Shown piece after piece: positions 20,858-30,855 of a stretch of 45,854 bases of DNA. The stretch is taken from the NCBI GenBank assembly GCA_963926035.1, contig CAWUWH010000044.1, positions 1-45,854 of the forward strand. Direction: 5' to 3'. The position numbers and the translations under genes are program-made. The stretch comes from an uncultured Rhodospirillales bacterium. Its GTDB lineage: Bacteria; Pseudomonadota; Alphaproteobacteria; Rhodospirillales; Casp-alpha2. Every line of letters begins with the position of its first letter. Position 1 is the first letter of the stretch. The notes below the pieces were generated by a model. That model searched no databases, was not told the DNA's origin, and saw nothing but the letters and a program-made list of their open reading frames with translations.

Positions 20858-21373
20858 ATGCTTCTTTTGGAGGTCGTTATGATCAAACTACCAAGAATAT
20901 TCTATAGCCCGGCTGGTATTGGGCGAGGTCGCCGACAAAGCAATTTGCCGCCGGGGACATCACATCCGGTAGACGTTCACGTGGGTAGCCGTGTTCGTTT
21001 GCGTCGGACAATGCTTGGGATGTCTCAAGAAAAACTTGGAGATGCTGTTGGGCTTACGTTCCAACAAATTCAAAAATACGAACGTGGTGCCAATCGAATA
21101 GGTTCTAGCCGACTTTATCAGTTCAGCCATATCTTTGGCGTTCCTGTTGCTTTCTTTTTTGAGGATATGCCGAGTGAAGCGTTAGGGAATACTCCAAAGC
21201 CTGCAATTGCGGGGATGTCAGATAATGATCAAGCTGGGTTAGATCAGGACCCAATGTCTCGCCAGGAAACGCTAGAACTTGTTCGTGCATATTATCGTAT
21301 TCAAGACCCAAAAGTACGAAAGAAGCTTTATGAGCTCGTCCGTTCGATGGCAAATTTACCTGACGATGAGTAG
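20858..21373 (+). CDS. XRE-family HTH transcriptional regulator (PhrR/PraR-like)
   Basis: HPVDVHVGSRVRLRR..LGMSQEKLG...GLTFQQIQKYERGANRI; sits between lnt and metK as phrR does in rhizobia. Start uncertain. Confidence 0.88.
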   Translation: MLLLEVVMIKLPRIFYSPAGIGRGRRQSNLPPGTSHPVDVHVGSRVRLRRTMLGMSQEKLGDAVGLTFQQIQKYERGANRIGSSRLYQFSHIFGVPVAFFFEDMPSEALGNTPKPAIAGMSDNDQAGLDQDPMSRQETLELVRAYYRIQDPKVRKKLYELVRSMANLPDDE

Positions 21374-21473
21374 ATGCTGATGTTCGTTTATTTAGTTTTC
21401 ATTTGAAATTTATAGATTGTCTTGACCGCGGGGCTTGGAATTGCCAAAAGACCCGCGCAATACTTTTTGTTGT

Positions 21474-21525
21474 CGTGGATGGATTTGGACCGCTTGCCGC
21501 CACGTAAAATAAGGCGCTAAGTGGG
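21474..21525 (+). ncRNA. SAM-II (SAM-alpha) riboswitch upstream of metK
   Basis: CGTGG-atgGATTT-ggaccg-CTTGC-cgCCACG-TAAAATAA-gg-CGCTAA-gtggg. P1 is CGTGG/CCACG; the pseudoknot pairs CCGCTT with AAGTGG. Confidence 0.82.
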
Positions 21526-21593
21526 CGTTGAGCGAAATCATCTCTGTAGCCCCGGGTCCAAGATAAGTGAACACTAACTCTGGAGGGATTGAC

Positions 21594-22763
21594 ATGAGTC
21601 GATCAAATTACCTATTTACGAGTGAATCCGTATCCGAAGGCCATCCTGATAAGATTTGCGACCGGATTTCAGATGAAATTGTTGATGCATATCTCGCAGC
21701 CGATGCCAACGCGCGCGTAGCTGTCGAAACGCTGGTAACAACCAACCTTATTGTTCTTGCTGGCGAAACTCGTTGCGCAACTGAAATCTCCAAAGCACGC
21801 CTTGAAGAATTTGCTCGGAACGCCGTCAAAGATATCGGTTATGACCAAGATAATTTCCATTGGGCTAATTCTGAAGTTCAAGTGCATGTTCATCCGCAGT
21901 CTGTCGATATCGCTCAAGGCGTAGATGCTGCTGGCAATAAGGACGAAGGCGCAGGCGACCAGGGCATTATGTTTGGTTATGCATGCAATGAGACAAAAAG
22001 CTTGATGCCGGCGCCTATTGATCTTTCGCATCGTATTTTGAAAGACATGGCGACAAAGCGTAAATCCGGCGAGATTTCTGGATTTGGCCCTGATTCAAAA
22101 AGTCAGGTCACATTAGAGTATGAAAACGGCAAGCCTATTCGTGCAACGTCTGTTGTTTTATCGACCCAGCACGATGAAGGCGTTTCTCAAGATGAGATTC
22201 GTGAACTTGTACGCCCTATCGTTGAAGATGTGTTGCCTGAAGGCTGGATGTGCCCTGAAGACGAGTTATACGTAAATCCGACAGGCCGGTTTGTTATTGG
22301 CGGACCAGATGGTGACGCGGGTCTAACGGGACGTAAAATTATTGTAGATACGTATGGCGGTGCTGCACCACATGGTGGTGGCGCATTCTCAGGTAAAGAC
22401 CCAACGAAGGTTGACCGGTCTGCTGCATATGCAGGTCGTTACCTTGCTAAGAACGTTGTTGCAGCAGGTCTGGCTGATAAATGCACAATCCAGCTTGCTT
22501 ATGCGATTGGTGTGTCGAAGCCGTTGTCTGTTTACATCGATACCTATGGAACGGGCCAAGTAGACGAAGATGCCATCTCAGCAGCCCTATGTGAACTTGT
22601 TGACCTATCGCCTCGTGGCATACGTGAGCATTTACAGCTAAGCCGTCCAATTTATGCGCGAACAGCAGCGTATGGCCACTTTGGTCGTGCACCGGAAGAT
22701 GATGGTGGCTTCTCATGGGAGCGGACAGATATTGTGGATGCTCTAAAGTCAGCACTTCTCTAA
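21594..22763 (+). CDS. metK: S-adenosylmethionine synthetase
   Basis: [19 protein letters not shown] and [16 protein letters not shown]; GGAGG Shine-Dalgarno precedes ATG 21594. Confidence 0.98.
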   Translation: MSRSNYLFTSESVSEGHPDKICDRISDEIVDAYLAADANARVAVETLVTTNLIVLAGETRCATEISKARLEEFARNAVKDIGYDQDNFHWANSEVQVHVHPQSVDIAQGVDAAGNKDEGAGDQGIMFGYACNETKSLMPAPIDLSHRILKDMATKRKSGEISGFGPDSKSQVTLEYENGKPIRATSVVLSTQHDEGVSQDEIRELVRPIVEDVLPEGWMCPEDELYVNPTGRFVIGGPDGDAGLTGRKIIVDTYGGAAPHGGGAFSGKDPTKVDRSAAYAGRYLAKNVVAAGLADKCTIQLAYAIGVSKPLSVYIDTYGTGQVDEDAISAALCELVDLSPRGIREHLQLSRPIYARTAAYGHFGRAPEDDGGFSWERTDIVDALKSALL

Positions 22764-22788
22764 ATTTAGGGTATTAGGATCATCCGCG

Positions 22789-23505
22789 ATGAAAGATGGT
22801 TCAAGAGATCCACAAAAACCAATGTTCTACGGCCGGAGGCGAAATCACAAGCTTCGCCCCGGTCGGCAAGTATTAATAAATGATCTACTTCCTAAAATTC
22901 GTATTGGTGAGATAAAAGATACTAGCCAAATTGACCTTGCTGCGAGCTTTGGACGTGCGGCGAAAGATGTGCGTCTTGAGATTGGTTTTGGTGCTGGAGA
23001 GCATCTTAGTGGTGACGCGTTAGCAAATCCTGACATTGATTTTATTGGCTGCGAACCTTTTATTAATGGCGTTGCGGCGTTGCTTGCAGATGTTGAGCGC
23101 TTAGAGCTTACAAACCTTCGCTTGTTTGATGATGATGCAAGATTGTTGCTAGAACGATTGCCCGCTGCATGTATTTCAAAGATTTACGTCCTATTTCCAG
23201 ATCCTTGGCCTAAATTACGGCATAATCGCCGCAGATTTATTAATCAGGAAACGTTAAGTAGCCTCTCTCACGTTGCAAAAAACGATGCTGAGTTTATTTT
23301 TGCTTCGGATCATATGGGCTATGTCTCATGGGCGCTCGTTGAAATGCAGCGTCATGCAGATTGGAAATGGACGGCAAAGGGCCCGTCTGACTGGCGACAG
23401 CAACCAAAAGACTGGGTGCCAACACGATACGAAACGAAAGCGTTGGGAAAAGGAGATGCGCCTGCATATCTGACTTTCCGATGTCAGAATCGCAAGACAG
23501 ACTGA
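22789..23505 (+). CDS. trmB: tRNA (guanine-N7)-methyltransferase TrmB
   Basis: LEIGFGAGEH, GCEPF, FPDPWPKLRH, FASDH and TRYETKA. Confidence 0.96.
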   Translation: MKDGSRDPQKPMFYGRRRNHKLRPGRQVLINDLLPKIRIGEIKDTSQIDLAASFGRAAKDVRLEIGFGAGEHLSGDALANPDIDFIGCEPFINGVAALLADVERLELTNLRLFDDDARLLLERLPAACISKIYVLFPDPWPKLRHNRRRFINQETLSSLSHVAKNDAEFIFASDHMGYVSWALVEMQRHADWKWTAKGPSDWRQQPKDWVPTRYETKALGKGDAPAYLTFRCQNRKTD

Positions 23506-23548
23506 GCAGGGTTAACGTCGCGGAAAACCTCGTTTTTGTGACAACACA

Positions 23549-23578
23549 CTTGCATTTCTAAGCTAATCTAGATATATG
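23549..23578 (+). promoter_or_regulatory. Putative sigma70 promoter of the rimP-nusA-infB operon
   Basis: CTTGCAT-N17-TATATG, similar to the alphaproteobacterial RpoD consensus. Confidence 0.5.
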
Positions 23579-23631
23579 ACGCGTGCCCTTTACGGGCACT
23601 CGTTAATCTAGTTAATAAGTTTTGATTGATG

Positions 23632-23656
23632 GGTGGGCCATTGGCCCGCCTTTTTT
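23632..23656 (+). terminator. rimP leader terminator/attenuator hairpin
   Basis: GGTGGGCCA-t-TGGCCCGCC followed by TTTTTT, about 50 nt before rimP. Confidence 0.8.
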
Positions 23657-23707
23657 AGTGACAAAAGATGATCAAAACCAAAGTTTGAAAAGAACAAGAG
23701 GTCGTTC

Positions 23708-24211
23708 GTGAGCGAGGATATTCTTGCCGGTAGAGTTGCAGCTCTTATTGCCCCCACGATTAAAGGGATGGGCTATGATTTGGTGCGCGTATATTTAGGC
23801 ATTGGAGACAATGCTGTCTTGCAGATAATGGCTGAGCCAGATGACGGAGGTGAAATGAACGTAGATCATTGTGCGAATATTTCACGAGCTGTATCGGCGG
23901 TTTTGGATGTAGAAGACCCGATTAAGAGTGCGTATACGTTAGAGGTAAGTTCGCCTGGGCTTGATCGACCATTGGTTCGATTAGCCGATTATGATCGTTT
24001 TGCTGGATTTGAGGCAAAAATTCAGTTGAAGAACTTAATGGATGGGCGAAAGAAATTTAAAGGCCGCGTTGACGGCACCGATGGAAACAATGTGTTGGTC
24101 GATATGAGCGGTGAGCAAATCAAATTTGATCATGGCGATATTGCTAAGGCGAAGCTGATCGTTACGGATGAGATGCTCGCAAAGCTAGAGGAAGAAAAGC
24201 ATCATGAGTGA
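23708..24211 (+). CDS. rimP: Ribosome maturation factor RimP
   Basis: LDVEDPI..AYTLEVSSPGLDRPL; GTG start after GAGG. Confidence 0.96.
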   Translation: MSEDILAGRVAALIAPTIKGMGYDLVRVYLGIGDNAVLQIMAEPDDGGEMNVDHCANISRAVSAVLDVEDPIKSAYTLEVSSPGLDRPLVRLADYDRFAGFEAKIQLKNLMDGRKKFKGRVDGTDGNNVLVDMSGEQIKFDHGDIAKAKLIVTDEMLAKLEEEKHHE

Positions 24212-25790
24212 AGCTGTTATGGAAGCCGGCAACTTACACGCCCGGCCTGAATTGTTGGTCGTTGCGGATACAGTCGCACGTGACAAAGGTATTGAGCGCG
24301 AAGAAGTTTTGGAAGCTATGGAAATGGCTATCCAAAAAGCTGGCCGTTCCAAATATGGCCATGAGCATGACATCCGTGCCCACATTGATCGCAAAAGCGG
24401 TGAGATCATGCTTGCACGATATATTGAAGTCCTTGAGGACGGTGCAGAGCGTGAAAACGAAGTCACACAAATGTTTCTGAGCGAGGCCGTTGGAAGTAAG
24501 CCAGATGCTGCCGCTGGTGAGTTCATTGTAGATATTTTGCCTCCTATTGATTTTGGGCGGATTGCCGCACAAACAGCAAAGCAGGTTATCGTCCAAAAAG
24601 TCCGAGAAGCTGAGCGCGAGCGTCAGTTTGCTGAGTATAAAGACCGTGTTGGCGAGATCGTTAATGGACTCGTTAAGCGTATGGAATATGGCAATGCGAT
24701 CATTGATCTGGGCCGTGCAGAAGCAATTCTAAGGCGTGATGAGTCAATTCCTCGCGAGCACTTTAATAATGGTGATCGTATCCGAGCTTATATCGCTGAT
24801 GTGCGCCAGGAACCTCGTGGACCACAAATCTTCTTATCGCGAACGCACCCAGACTTCATGGCAAAGCTGTTTGCACAGGAAGTGCCTGAAATTTATGACG
24901 GCGTGATTGAAATTAAATCCGTTGCGCGTGACCCAGGTTCCCGTGCCAAGATTGCTGTTGTCTCCCATGACAGTAGCATTGATCCAGTTGGTCCTTGTAT
25001 CGGTATGCGTGGTTCTCGTGTACAAGCTGTTGTTGGTGAGCTTCAGGGCGAGAAAATTGATATCATTCAATGGTCGCCAGATTCTGCATCATTTATTGTG
25101 AACGCGTTGGCGCCTGCTGAGGTGGCAAAAGTTGTTCTTGATGAAGATAACAATAAGATCGAAGTCGTTGTCCCTGATGAACAGCTTAGCTTAGCCATCG
25201 GCCGTCGTGGTCAGAACGTACGTTTGGCCTCACAGCTTTCTGGTTGGGATATCGACATCCTGACAGAAGCCGAAGAGTCAGAGCGTCGCCAAAAAGAATT
25301 CCAAGATCGCTCGAAAATGTTCGTTGATGCATTGGATGTTGACGAAGTTATTGCGCATTTATTGGTCACTGAAGGCTTTAGTACCGTTGAAGAAGTTGCT
25401 TATGTGCCTGCTGAGGATCTGACAGACATTGAAGGCTTTGATGAAGACGTTGCTGCTGAGCTTCAGGCCCGTGGCCGCGCTTATTTGATGAGCCGTGAAG
25501 AAGAGATGGACGCCAAACGCAAAGAGCTTGGTGTCGAAGACGATGTTGCAAGCATCGAAGGTATCTCTGCTGCATTATTGGTGGCGCTTGGTGAGAACGA
25601 GATTAAAACACGTGATGACCTTGCTGATCTTGCTGGTGACGAGCTTCTGGAAATTACCCCTGCGGGCTCCATGAGCATGGATCAAGCAAATGATATCATT
25701 ATGGCTGCGCGGGCACACTGGTTTGAGGATGAAGAAGTTGCTGCTGAGACACCAGCAGAAGACGCCGTTGAGCCAGAGAGTGCTGGTTAA
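24204..25790 (+). CDS. nusA: Transcription termination factor NusA
   Basis: FGRIAAQTAKQVI, S1 and KH domains (ARDPGSRAK, SLAIGRRGQNVRLA) and acidic C-terminal repeats. Confidence 0.98.
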   Translation: MSEAVMEAGNLHARPELLVVADTVARDKGIEREEVLEAMEMAIQKAGRSKYGHEHDIRAHIDRKSGEIMLARYIEVLEDGAERENEVTQMFLSEAVGSKPDAAAGEFIVDILPPIDFGRIAAQTAKQVIVQKVREAERERQFAEYKDRVGEIVNGLVKRMEYGNAIIDLGRAEAILRRDESIPREHFNNGDRIRAYIADVRQEPRGPQIFLSRTHPDFMAKLFAQEVPEIYDGVIEIKSVARDPGSRAKIAVVSHDSSIDPVGPCIGMRGSRVQAVVGELQGEKIDIIQWSPDSASFIVNALAPAEVAKVVLDEDNNKIEVVVPDEQLSLAIGRRGQNVRLASQLSGWDIDILTEAEESERRQKEFQDRSKMFVDALDVDEVIAHLLVTEGFSTVEEVAYVPAEDLTDIEGFDEDVAAELQARGRAYLMSREEEMDAKRKELGVEDDVASIEGISAALLVALGENEIKTRDDLADLAGDELLEITPAGSMSMDQANDIIMAARAHWFEDEEVAAETPAEDAVEPESAG

Positions 25791-25811
25791 TTAAGCAGAC
25801 GATTAGGATTT

Positions 25812-26426
25812 ATGACTGCATTGGTTGAAATGACGAAATCGAAGACGAGTGAGCCGGAGCGCCGATGTTTGGCAACGGGCGATCGAACGCCCAAGTTTGG
25901 GTTGCTTCGCTTTGTTGTCAGTCCAGATGGCGAAGTTGTCCCTGATTTAGGTGAGCGGTTACCCGGTCGAGGTCTTTGGTTGAGTTCTGATAGAGATGCT
26001 TTAAAGACAGCCGTCGATAAAAAATTGTTTGCTCGAGCGGCGAAAGCGCAAGTTTCAGTGCCAAGCGATATCGCTGATCGTATTGAGACAATGTTGATGA
26101 AGAGGTGTCAGGATATTATCGGGTTAGCGCGTCGTTCAGATTTGTTGGTTATTGGTTTTGATCGCGTACTTGAAGTGCTGGACCGTCGAAGTGTTGGATT
26201 GGTTGTGATTGCGACAGATGCAGGTGGTGGATGCCGAGATATTATGGCGGCCGCAGAGGATCTTCCTGTTGTGAGTGGAATGACGTGTAGTGAGATGGGT
26301 GAAGCCGCCGGAAAAGGCGTGGTGTCGTTTATGACGATTTTACGTGGTGGTCTAGCTAAGTCGTTACATCGAGAATGTGAGAGATTGACTGGTTTTAGAC
26401 CGGTGGAAATGGACGGAAGAAAATGA
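25812..26426 (+). CDS. ylxR: YlxR (DUF448) RNA-binding protein fused to an L7Ae-like domain
   Basis: [20 protein letters not shown], plus a C-terminal [16 protein letters not shown]7Ae-like segment; lies between nusA and infB. Confidence 0.85.
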   Translation: MTALVEMTKSKTSEPERRCLATGDRTPKFGLLRFVVSPDGEVVPDLGERLPGRGLWLSSDRDALKTAVDKKLFARAAKAQVSVPSDIADRIETMLMKRCQDIIGLARRSDLLVIGFDRVLEVLDRRSVGLVVIATDAGGGCRDIMAAAEDLPVVSGMTCSEMGEAAGKGVVSFMTILRGGLAKSLHRECERLTGFRPVEMDGRK

Positions 26427-29008
26427 GTGACGCCAAAGAGACGGATAACGGTAAGAAGCCACTGGGCATATCAAAGCCGGGACGCCTTGAACTCAACAAG
26501 ACCATTGAAACGGGCCAGGTAAAGCAAAACTTCTCGCACGGTCGCTCAAAGATGGTAACCGTCGAGAAAAAGAAGAAGCGGACGTTCATGGCCGATACGG
26601 CTGGTGAGATGTCTGAAGTGAAAGCGGGTCTGCGAGGCGCTTCATTGACCGAAGCTGCCGCTGCAACGGAAGAGGTTGAGGCGCCTGCGCCGAAGCCAGC
26701 GCCTGTTGATAAAAAAAAGCCGGCACCTTCTAATGTGTCTAACCTGACGGACAGTGAGCGCGAAGCGCGACTAAAAGCGCTAGAATCAGCGCGCCATACA
26801 CCAGAAGAAACTCAGCCGACAGGTCGAGGAAAGCCTCAGCTTTCTGATATAGGTCGCGTTGAAGAGGTTGTGCCAGAAGCTGAACCCGTTGAAACAGAAG
26901 CCGACATTGCTGCGCGCAAAGCTGAAGAAGTTGAAGCGAAGCGTCTTGAAGAAGAGCGTCTAAAGCAAGAAGAGCGCGAAACACGTGTTGCTGCTGAAGT
27001 TGCTGTTGCCGCTGAAGAAGAAGATAAAGGTGCCCGCAAACCAAGTAAGCCATTGAAGGTTGCTGAAGCTAAGAAGCCATCAACGGGCAAGGTTCGCGAA
27101 GAACGCCGCCGTCACGGTAAGCTTACGATTGCAGAGGCTGAATCATTTGAAGAGCTTGAAGAGCATCGTCGCTCACTCGCATCTGTGAAGCGTCAGCGTG
27201 ACCGTGATCGTGATAAGCAGCGTGAATTGCTATCAGAAGGTGGCAAAGTTATTCGTGATGTTGTTATTCCTGAAACAATTACTGTTCAGGAACTTGCAAA
27301 CCGGATGGCAGAACGCGGTGGGTTGGTTGTCAAAAAACTCATGGAAATGGGTGTCATGGCTACAATAACGCAAAGCATTGATGCTGATACAGCAGAACTT
27401 GTTGTGCAAGAGTTTGGTCACCGCCTTAAGCGTGTGAGTGAGGCTGACGTTGAAGATGGCCTCACGCTTTCTGTAGAAGATGCTGAGGGCACACAAGTGC
27501 CACGTGCACCTGTTGTTACTGTGATGGGCCATGTTGATCACGGTAAGACATCGTTGCTTGATGCCTTGCGTCAGACTGATGTTGCTAATCATGAAGCAGG
27601 TGGCATTACGCAACACATTGGTGCGTATCAGGTAACGACTGAAGGTGGTAATTTGATCACGTTCATCGATACGCCTGGTCACGCGGCATTCACAGAGATG
27701 CGGGCACGTGGTGCAAAAGTCACGGATATCGTTGTTCTTTGTGTCGCAGCGGATGATGGCATTATGCCGCAGACAATAGAAGCTATTCACCACTCTAAAG
27801 CCGCCGGTGTGCCGATGATTGTTGCTGTGAACAAAATTGATAAACCAGATTCGAACCCAGATCGCATCAAGACAGACCTGCTGAGCCACGATATTCAAGT
27901 TGAGGATATGGGTGGAGATGTTCTGTGCATCCCAGTTTCAGCTCTTAAGGGCACCAACCTGGATAAGCTTTTGGAAGCGATCTTGCTTCAAGCTGAATTA
28001 CTTGATCTCAACTCTAATCCCGATCGCCCTGCTGAGGGTGTTGTTGTGGAATCTAAAGTTGAGCAAGGTCGCGGTTCAGTCGCAACGGTCCTTATCCAGC
28101 GCGGTACAATGAATGTCGGTGACATCTTTGTAGCTGGTGCTGAATGGGGACGTGTTCGTGCCTTGAATGATGCACATGGCGTCAAACTTAAGAACGCGGG
28201 ACCATCAATGCCCGCCGAGGTTCTGGGTCTTAACGGGACGCCACTTGCTGGCGATGACGTTGTTGTTGTTGATAGTGAAAATAAAGCCCGTGAGGTTTCT
28301 GAATTCCGCCAAAGACGCCATCGTGATGCACGTGCATCCATGGGTGCGCGCGGCACGCTTGAGCAGATGTTTGAGAAAATCAAAGAAGGCGAAGCCGAAA
28401 TGCTTCCGGTCATTATTAAGGCCGATGTACATGGCTCGCTTGAAGCGATTATTGGTGCGCTTACCAAAATGGGTACGGATGAAGTCGAAGTTAAGGTTCT
28501 GCACTCCGGTGTCGGCGGAATTAACGAATCAGATGTGACCTTGGCTAGGGCTTCTAATGCTTTGGTTGTTGGCTTCAATGTTCGTGCGAACCCACAGGCT
28601 CGTGAAGCAGCAAAGCGTGATGGCGTTGATATCCGTTATTACTCGATCATTTATGACCTGACAGATGATGTGAAGAAAATGCTGTCTGGCATGCTGTCGC
28701 CTGAAGTATCTGAAGAGTTGCTTGGGTACGCAGAAATTCGTGAAGTATTCTCAATCACAAAAGTCGGCAAAGTAGCTGGTTGTATGGTCACTGAAGGCGT
28801 CGTGAAACGCGGTTCTAAAGTACGTTTGCTGCGTGACGATGTTGTGATCCACGAAGGTGAGCTGAGCCAGTTGAAGCGCTTCAAGGAAGATGCCCGCGAA
28901 GTCAAAGACGGCTACGAATGTGGTATGGCTTTTGCAAACTACAACGATCTTCAAGTTGGTGATAAAATCGAATGCTTTGATGTTAAGGAAGTCAGTCGCG
29001 AACTTTAA
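26423..29008 (+). CDS. infB: Translation initiation factor IF-2
   Basis: [41 protein letters not shown] and NKID. Confidence 0.99.
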   Translation: MSDAKETDNGKKPLGISKPGRLELNKTIETGQVKQNFSHGRSKMVTVEKKKKRTFMADTAGEMSEVKAGLRGASLTEAAAATEEVEAPAPKPAPVDKKKPAPSNVSNLTDSEREARLKALESARHTPEETQPTGRGKPQLSDIGRVEEVVPEAEPVETEADIAARKAEEVEAKRLEEERLKQEERETRVAAEVAVAAEEEDKGARKPSKPLKVAEAKKPSTGKVREERRRHGKLTIAEAESFEELEEHRRSLASVKRQRDRDRDKQRELLSEGGKVIRDVVIPETITVQELANRMAERGGLVVKKLMEMGVMATITQSIDADTAELVVQEFGHRLKRVSEADVEDGLTLSVEDAEGTQVPRAPVVTVMGHVDHGKTSLLDALRQTDVANHEAGGITQHIGAYQVTTEGGNLITFIDTPGHAAFTEMRARGAKVTDIVVLCVAADDGIMPQTIEAIHHSKAAGVPMIVAVNKIDKPDSNPDRIKTDLLSHDIQVEDMGGDVLCIPVSALKGTNLDKLLEAILLQAELLDLNSNPDRPAEGVVVESKVEQGRGSVATVLIQRGTMNVGDIFVAGAEWGRVRALNDAHGVKLKNAGPSMPAEVLGLNGTPLAGDDVVVVDSENKAREVSEFRQRRHRDARASMGARGTLEQMFEKIKEGEAEMLPVIIKADVHGSLEAIIGALTKMGTDEVEVKVLHSGVGGINESDVTLARASNALVVGFNVRANPQAREAAKRDGVDIRYYSIIYDLTDDVKKMLSGMLSPEVSEELLGYAEIREVFSITKVGKVAGCMVTEGVVKRGSKVRLLRDDVVIHEGELSQLKRFKEDAREVKDGYECGMAFANYNDLQVGDKIECFDVKEVSREL

Positions 29009-29036
29009 TCGCGTCTGATGATCTGAGGAACAACGC

Positions 29037-29456
29037 ATGTCACGTCAGACTTCTCGTGCTCCAACTCAAAGACAATTACGCGTTGGCGAAGAAGTGCGCC
29101 ACGCGATTGCGTCCGCACTCGAGCGGGGCGAAGTACGTGATCCGGCCATTAAGGGTGTCGCGATTACTGTCACCGAAGTTCGATTGAGCCCTGATCTTAA
29201 GAATGCAACGGCCTATGTCGTCCCATTAGGCGGCGGCGATGCATCAGAGGTGGTTGAAGCACTCAACCGTGCGTCTGGATTCTTGCGTGGATGGGTTGGG
29301 CGTAATGTACGTCTTCGCCATATTCCGCGGGTGAGTTTTGAGGCTGATATCTCATTTGATGAAGCTCAACGCATTGAAAATGCACTTAAAAACCCACATG
29401 TAGCCCGCGATATTATCCGGAACACCGAAGATGATCTCGATCATGGTGAGGATTAA
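29037..29456 (+). CDS. rbfA: Ribosome-binding factor A
   Basis: RQLRVGEEVRH, VTEVRLSPDLKNA; follows infB. Confidence 0.96.
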   Translation: MSRQTSRAPTQRQLRVGEEVRHAIASALERGEVRDPAIKGVAITVTEVRLSPDLKNATAYVVPLGGGDASEVVEALNRASGFLRGWVGRNVRLRHIPRVSFEADISFDEAQRIENALKNPHVARDIIRNTEDDLDHGED

Positions 29457-30391
29457 TGGGGCGTAAAAGGAAGGGAGCGCCGATCCACGGCTGGCTCGTT
29501 CTTGATAAACCGCTAGGTCCATCTTCAAACGGATGTGTTGGTCGTATTAAATGGCTAACTGGCGCTGCAAAAGTAGGGCACGGAGGCACGCTCGATCCAT
29601 TGGCAAGCGGTATTTTGCCGATTGCATTCGGCGAAGCCACAAAAACCCAGCAATACGCAATGGACGGTCTAAAAACTTACGAGTTTATGGCGCGATGGGG
29701 TGAAACGACAGCGACGGATGATGCCGAAGGGGAAATCACTGCAACAAGTGACGTGCGGCCTCCAGAAGCGGATATCGTTGCAGCGCTACCCCAATTTACG
29801 GGCCGAGTTTCACAAGTACCGCCGAAGTATTCTGCGATTAAGATAGACGGTGAGCGAGCCTATAAACGCGCTCGCCGCGATGAAGATGTTAAAATTGAGC
29901 CTCGTGATGTGGATATTAACTCACTTAAGCTTGTTGAAGTCATCGATCGTGATCATGCAACGTTTGAAATGGTTTGCGGTAAGGGCACGTATGTGCGCGC
30001 CCTGATCCGTGATCTGGCCTTGCACTTGGGGTGTGAAGGCCATATAAGGCGCCTCAGACGTACCGCTGTAGGCCCTTTCTCAATTGAAAAGGCTGTACCT
30101 CTTGCTCTTTTCGAAGAGCTTGAAGGTGAAAATGCAGCGGAACTTCTAAAGCAATATCTGCTCCCCGTTGAGACCGTGCTGGACGACATCCCGGCCCTGG
30201 CCCTGACAGAGCAGGAAGCGCACAGGTTAAAGCATGGGCAGGGTGTTCCTATTCTGCCCGTAGTACAACGCTCCCCACTTCGAGAAATCTCGCAAGGGGA
30301 TGTCGTCCAAGTGACGGCAAATGGAACGTTGGTGGCCTTAGCGCAAATCACGGGTGGCGAAATTCGACCATTCAGAGTCATGAACATCTAA
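29456..30391 (+). CDS. truB: tRNA pseudouridine-55 synthase
   Basis: LDKP, KVGHGGTLDPLASG, QVPPKYSAIK and CGKGTYVR. Confidence 0.97.
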   Translation: MGRKRKGAPIHGWLVLDKPLGPSSNGCVGRIKWLTGAAKVGHGGTLDPLASGILPIAFGEATKTQQYAMDGLKTYEFMARWGETTATDDAEGEITATSDVRPPEADIVAALPQFTGRVSQVPPKYSAIKIDGERAYKRARRDEDVKIEPRDVDINSLKLVEVIDRDHATFEMVCGKGTYVRALIRDLALHLGCEGHIRRLRRTAVGPFSIEKAVPLALFEELEGENAAELLKQYLLPVETVLDDIPALALTEQEAHRLKHGQGVPILPVVQRSPLREISQGDVVQVTANGTLVALAQITGGEIRPFRVMNI

Positions 30392-30406
30392 CTTTAGGAG
30401 ATTACG

Positions 30407-30676
30407 ATGTCGATTACTGCAGAACGTAAGCAAGAGCTTATAAAAGAATATGCTGTTAACGATACAGATACGGGTTCACCAGAGGTGCAGGTTGCTGTTC
30501 TTTCAGAACGCATTACCAACCTGACTGAGCATCTGAAAATTCACGGCAAAGACTTCCACTCACGTCGCGGCCTACTCATGATGGTTGGCCAACGCCGTCG
30601 CCTTCTAGACTACCTTCGTAAGAAGGAAGTGAAGCGCTACGAAGACGTGATTAAGAGATTGGGCCTCCGTCGCTAA
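30407..30676 (+). CDS. rpsO: 30S ribosomal protein S15
   Basis: [25 protein letters not shown]; 89 aa. Confidence 0.99.
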   Translation: MSITAERKQELIKEYAVNDTDTGSPEVQVAVLSERITNLTEHLKIHGKDFHSRRGLLMMVGQRRRLLDYLRKKEVKRYEDVIKRLGLRR

Positions 30677-30855
30677 CGGGGCTCTGCGTGCGCGCCCATG
30701 GTGGGCGTGCCGCTATCGGCGCAAGCCGCTTCATGTTTTCAGTCCGCTGAAAGAATTGTTTGTGGCCCTGCGCTTCGCCTGTGGCCAAGGTGGTTGCGGG
30801 TTGCGTCGACGCGTTGTGCGTGCGGCGTTGTATGTATGATGAGGAAATAAGAAGT

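Noticed and set aside
21427-21457. Hairpin CGCGGG...CCCGCG before the metK riboswitch as a separate RNA gene
   Set aside because: It overlaps a likely -35 box (TTGACC) and could be a weak terminator for the XRE gene; there is no other support.
23603-23615. CtrA-like TTAA...TTAA pairs here and near 45465
   Set aside because: The spacers are 5 and 3 nt rather than the 7 nt of a CtrA box.
27233-28578. Long antisense ORFs (221 and 196 aa) opposite infB, with similar ones opposite murJ, pnp and pabB/pabC
   Set aside because: They are shadow ORFs of conserved genes, with no recognisable motifs.
30760-30855. 32-aa N-terminal extension of PNPase
   Set aside because: It lies in the structured leader; the Shine-Dalgarno and family start point to ATG 30856.
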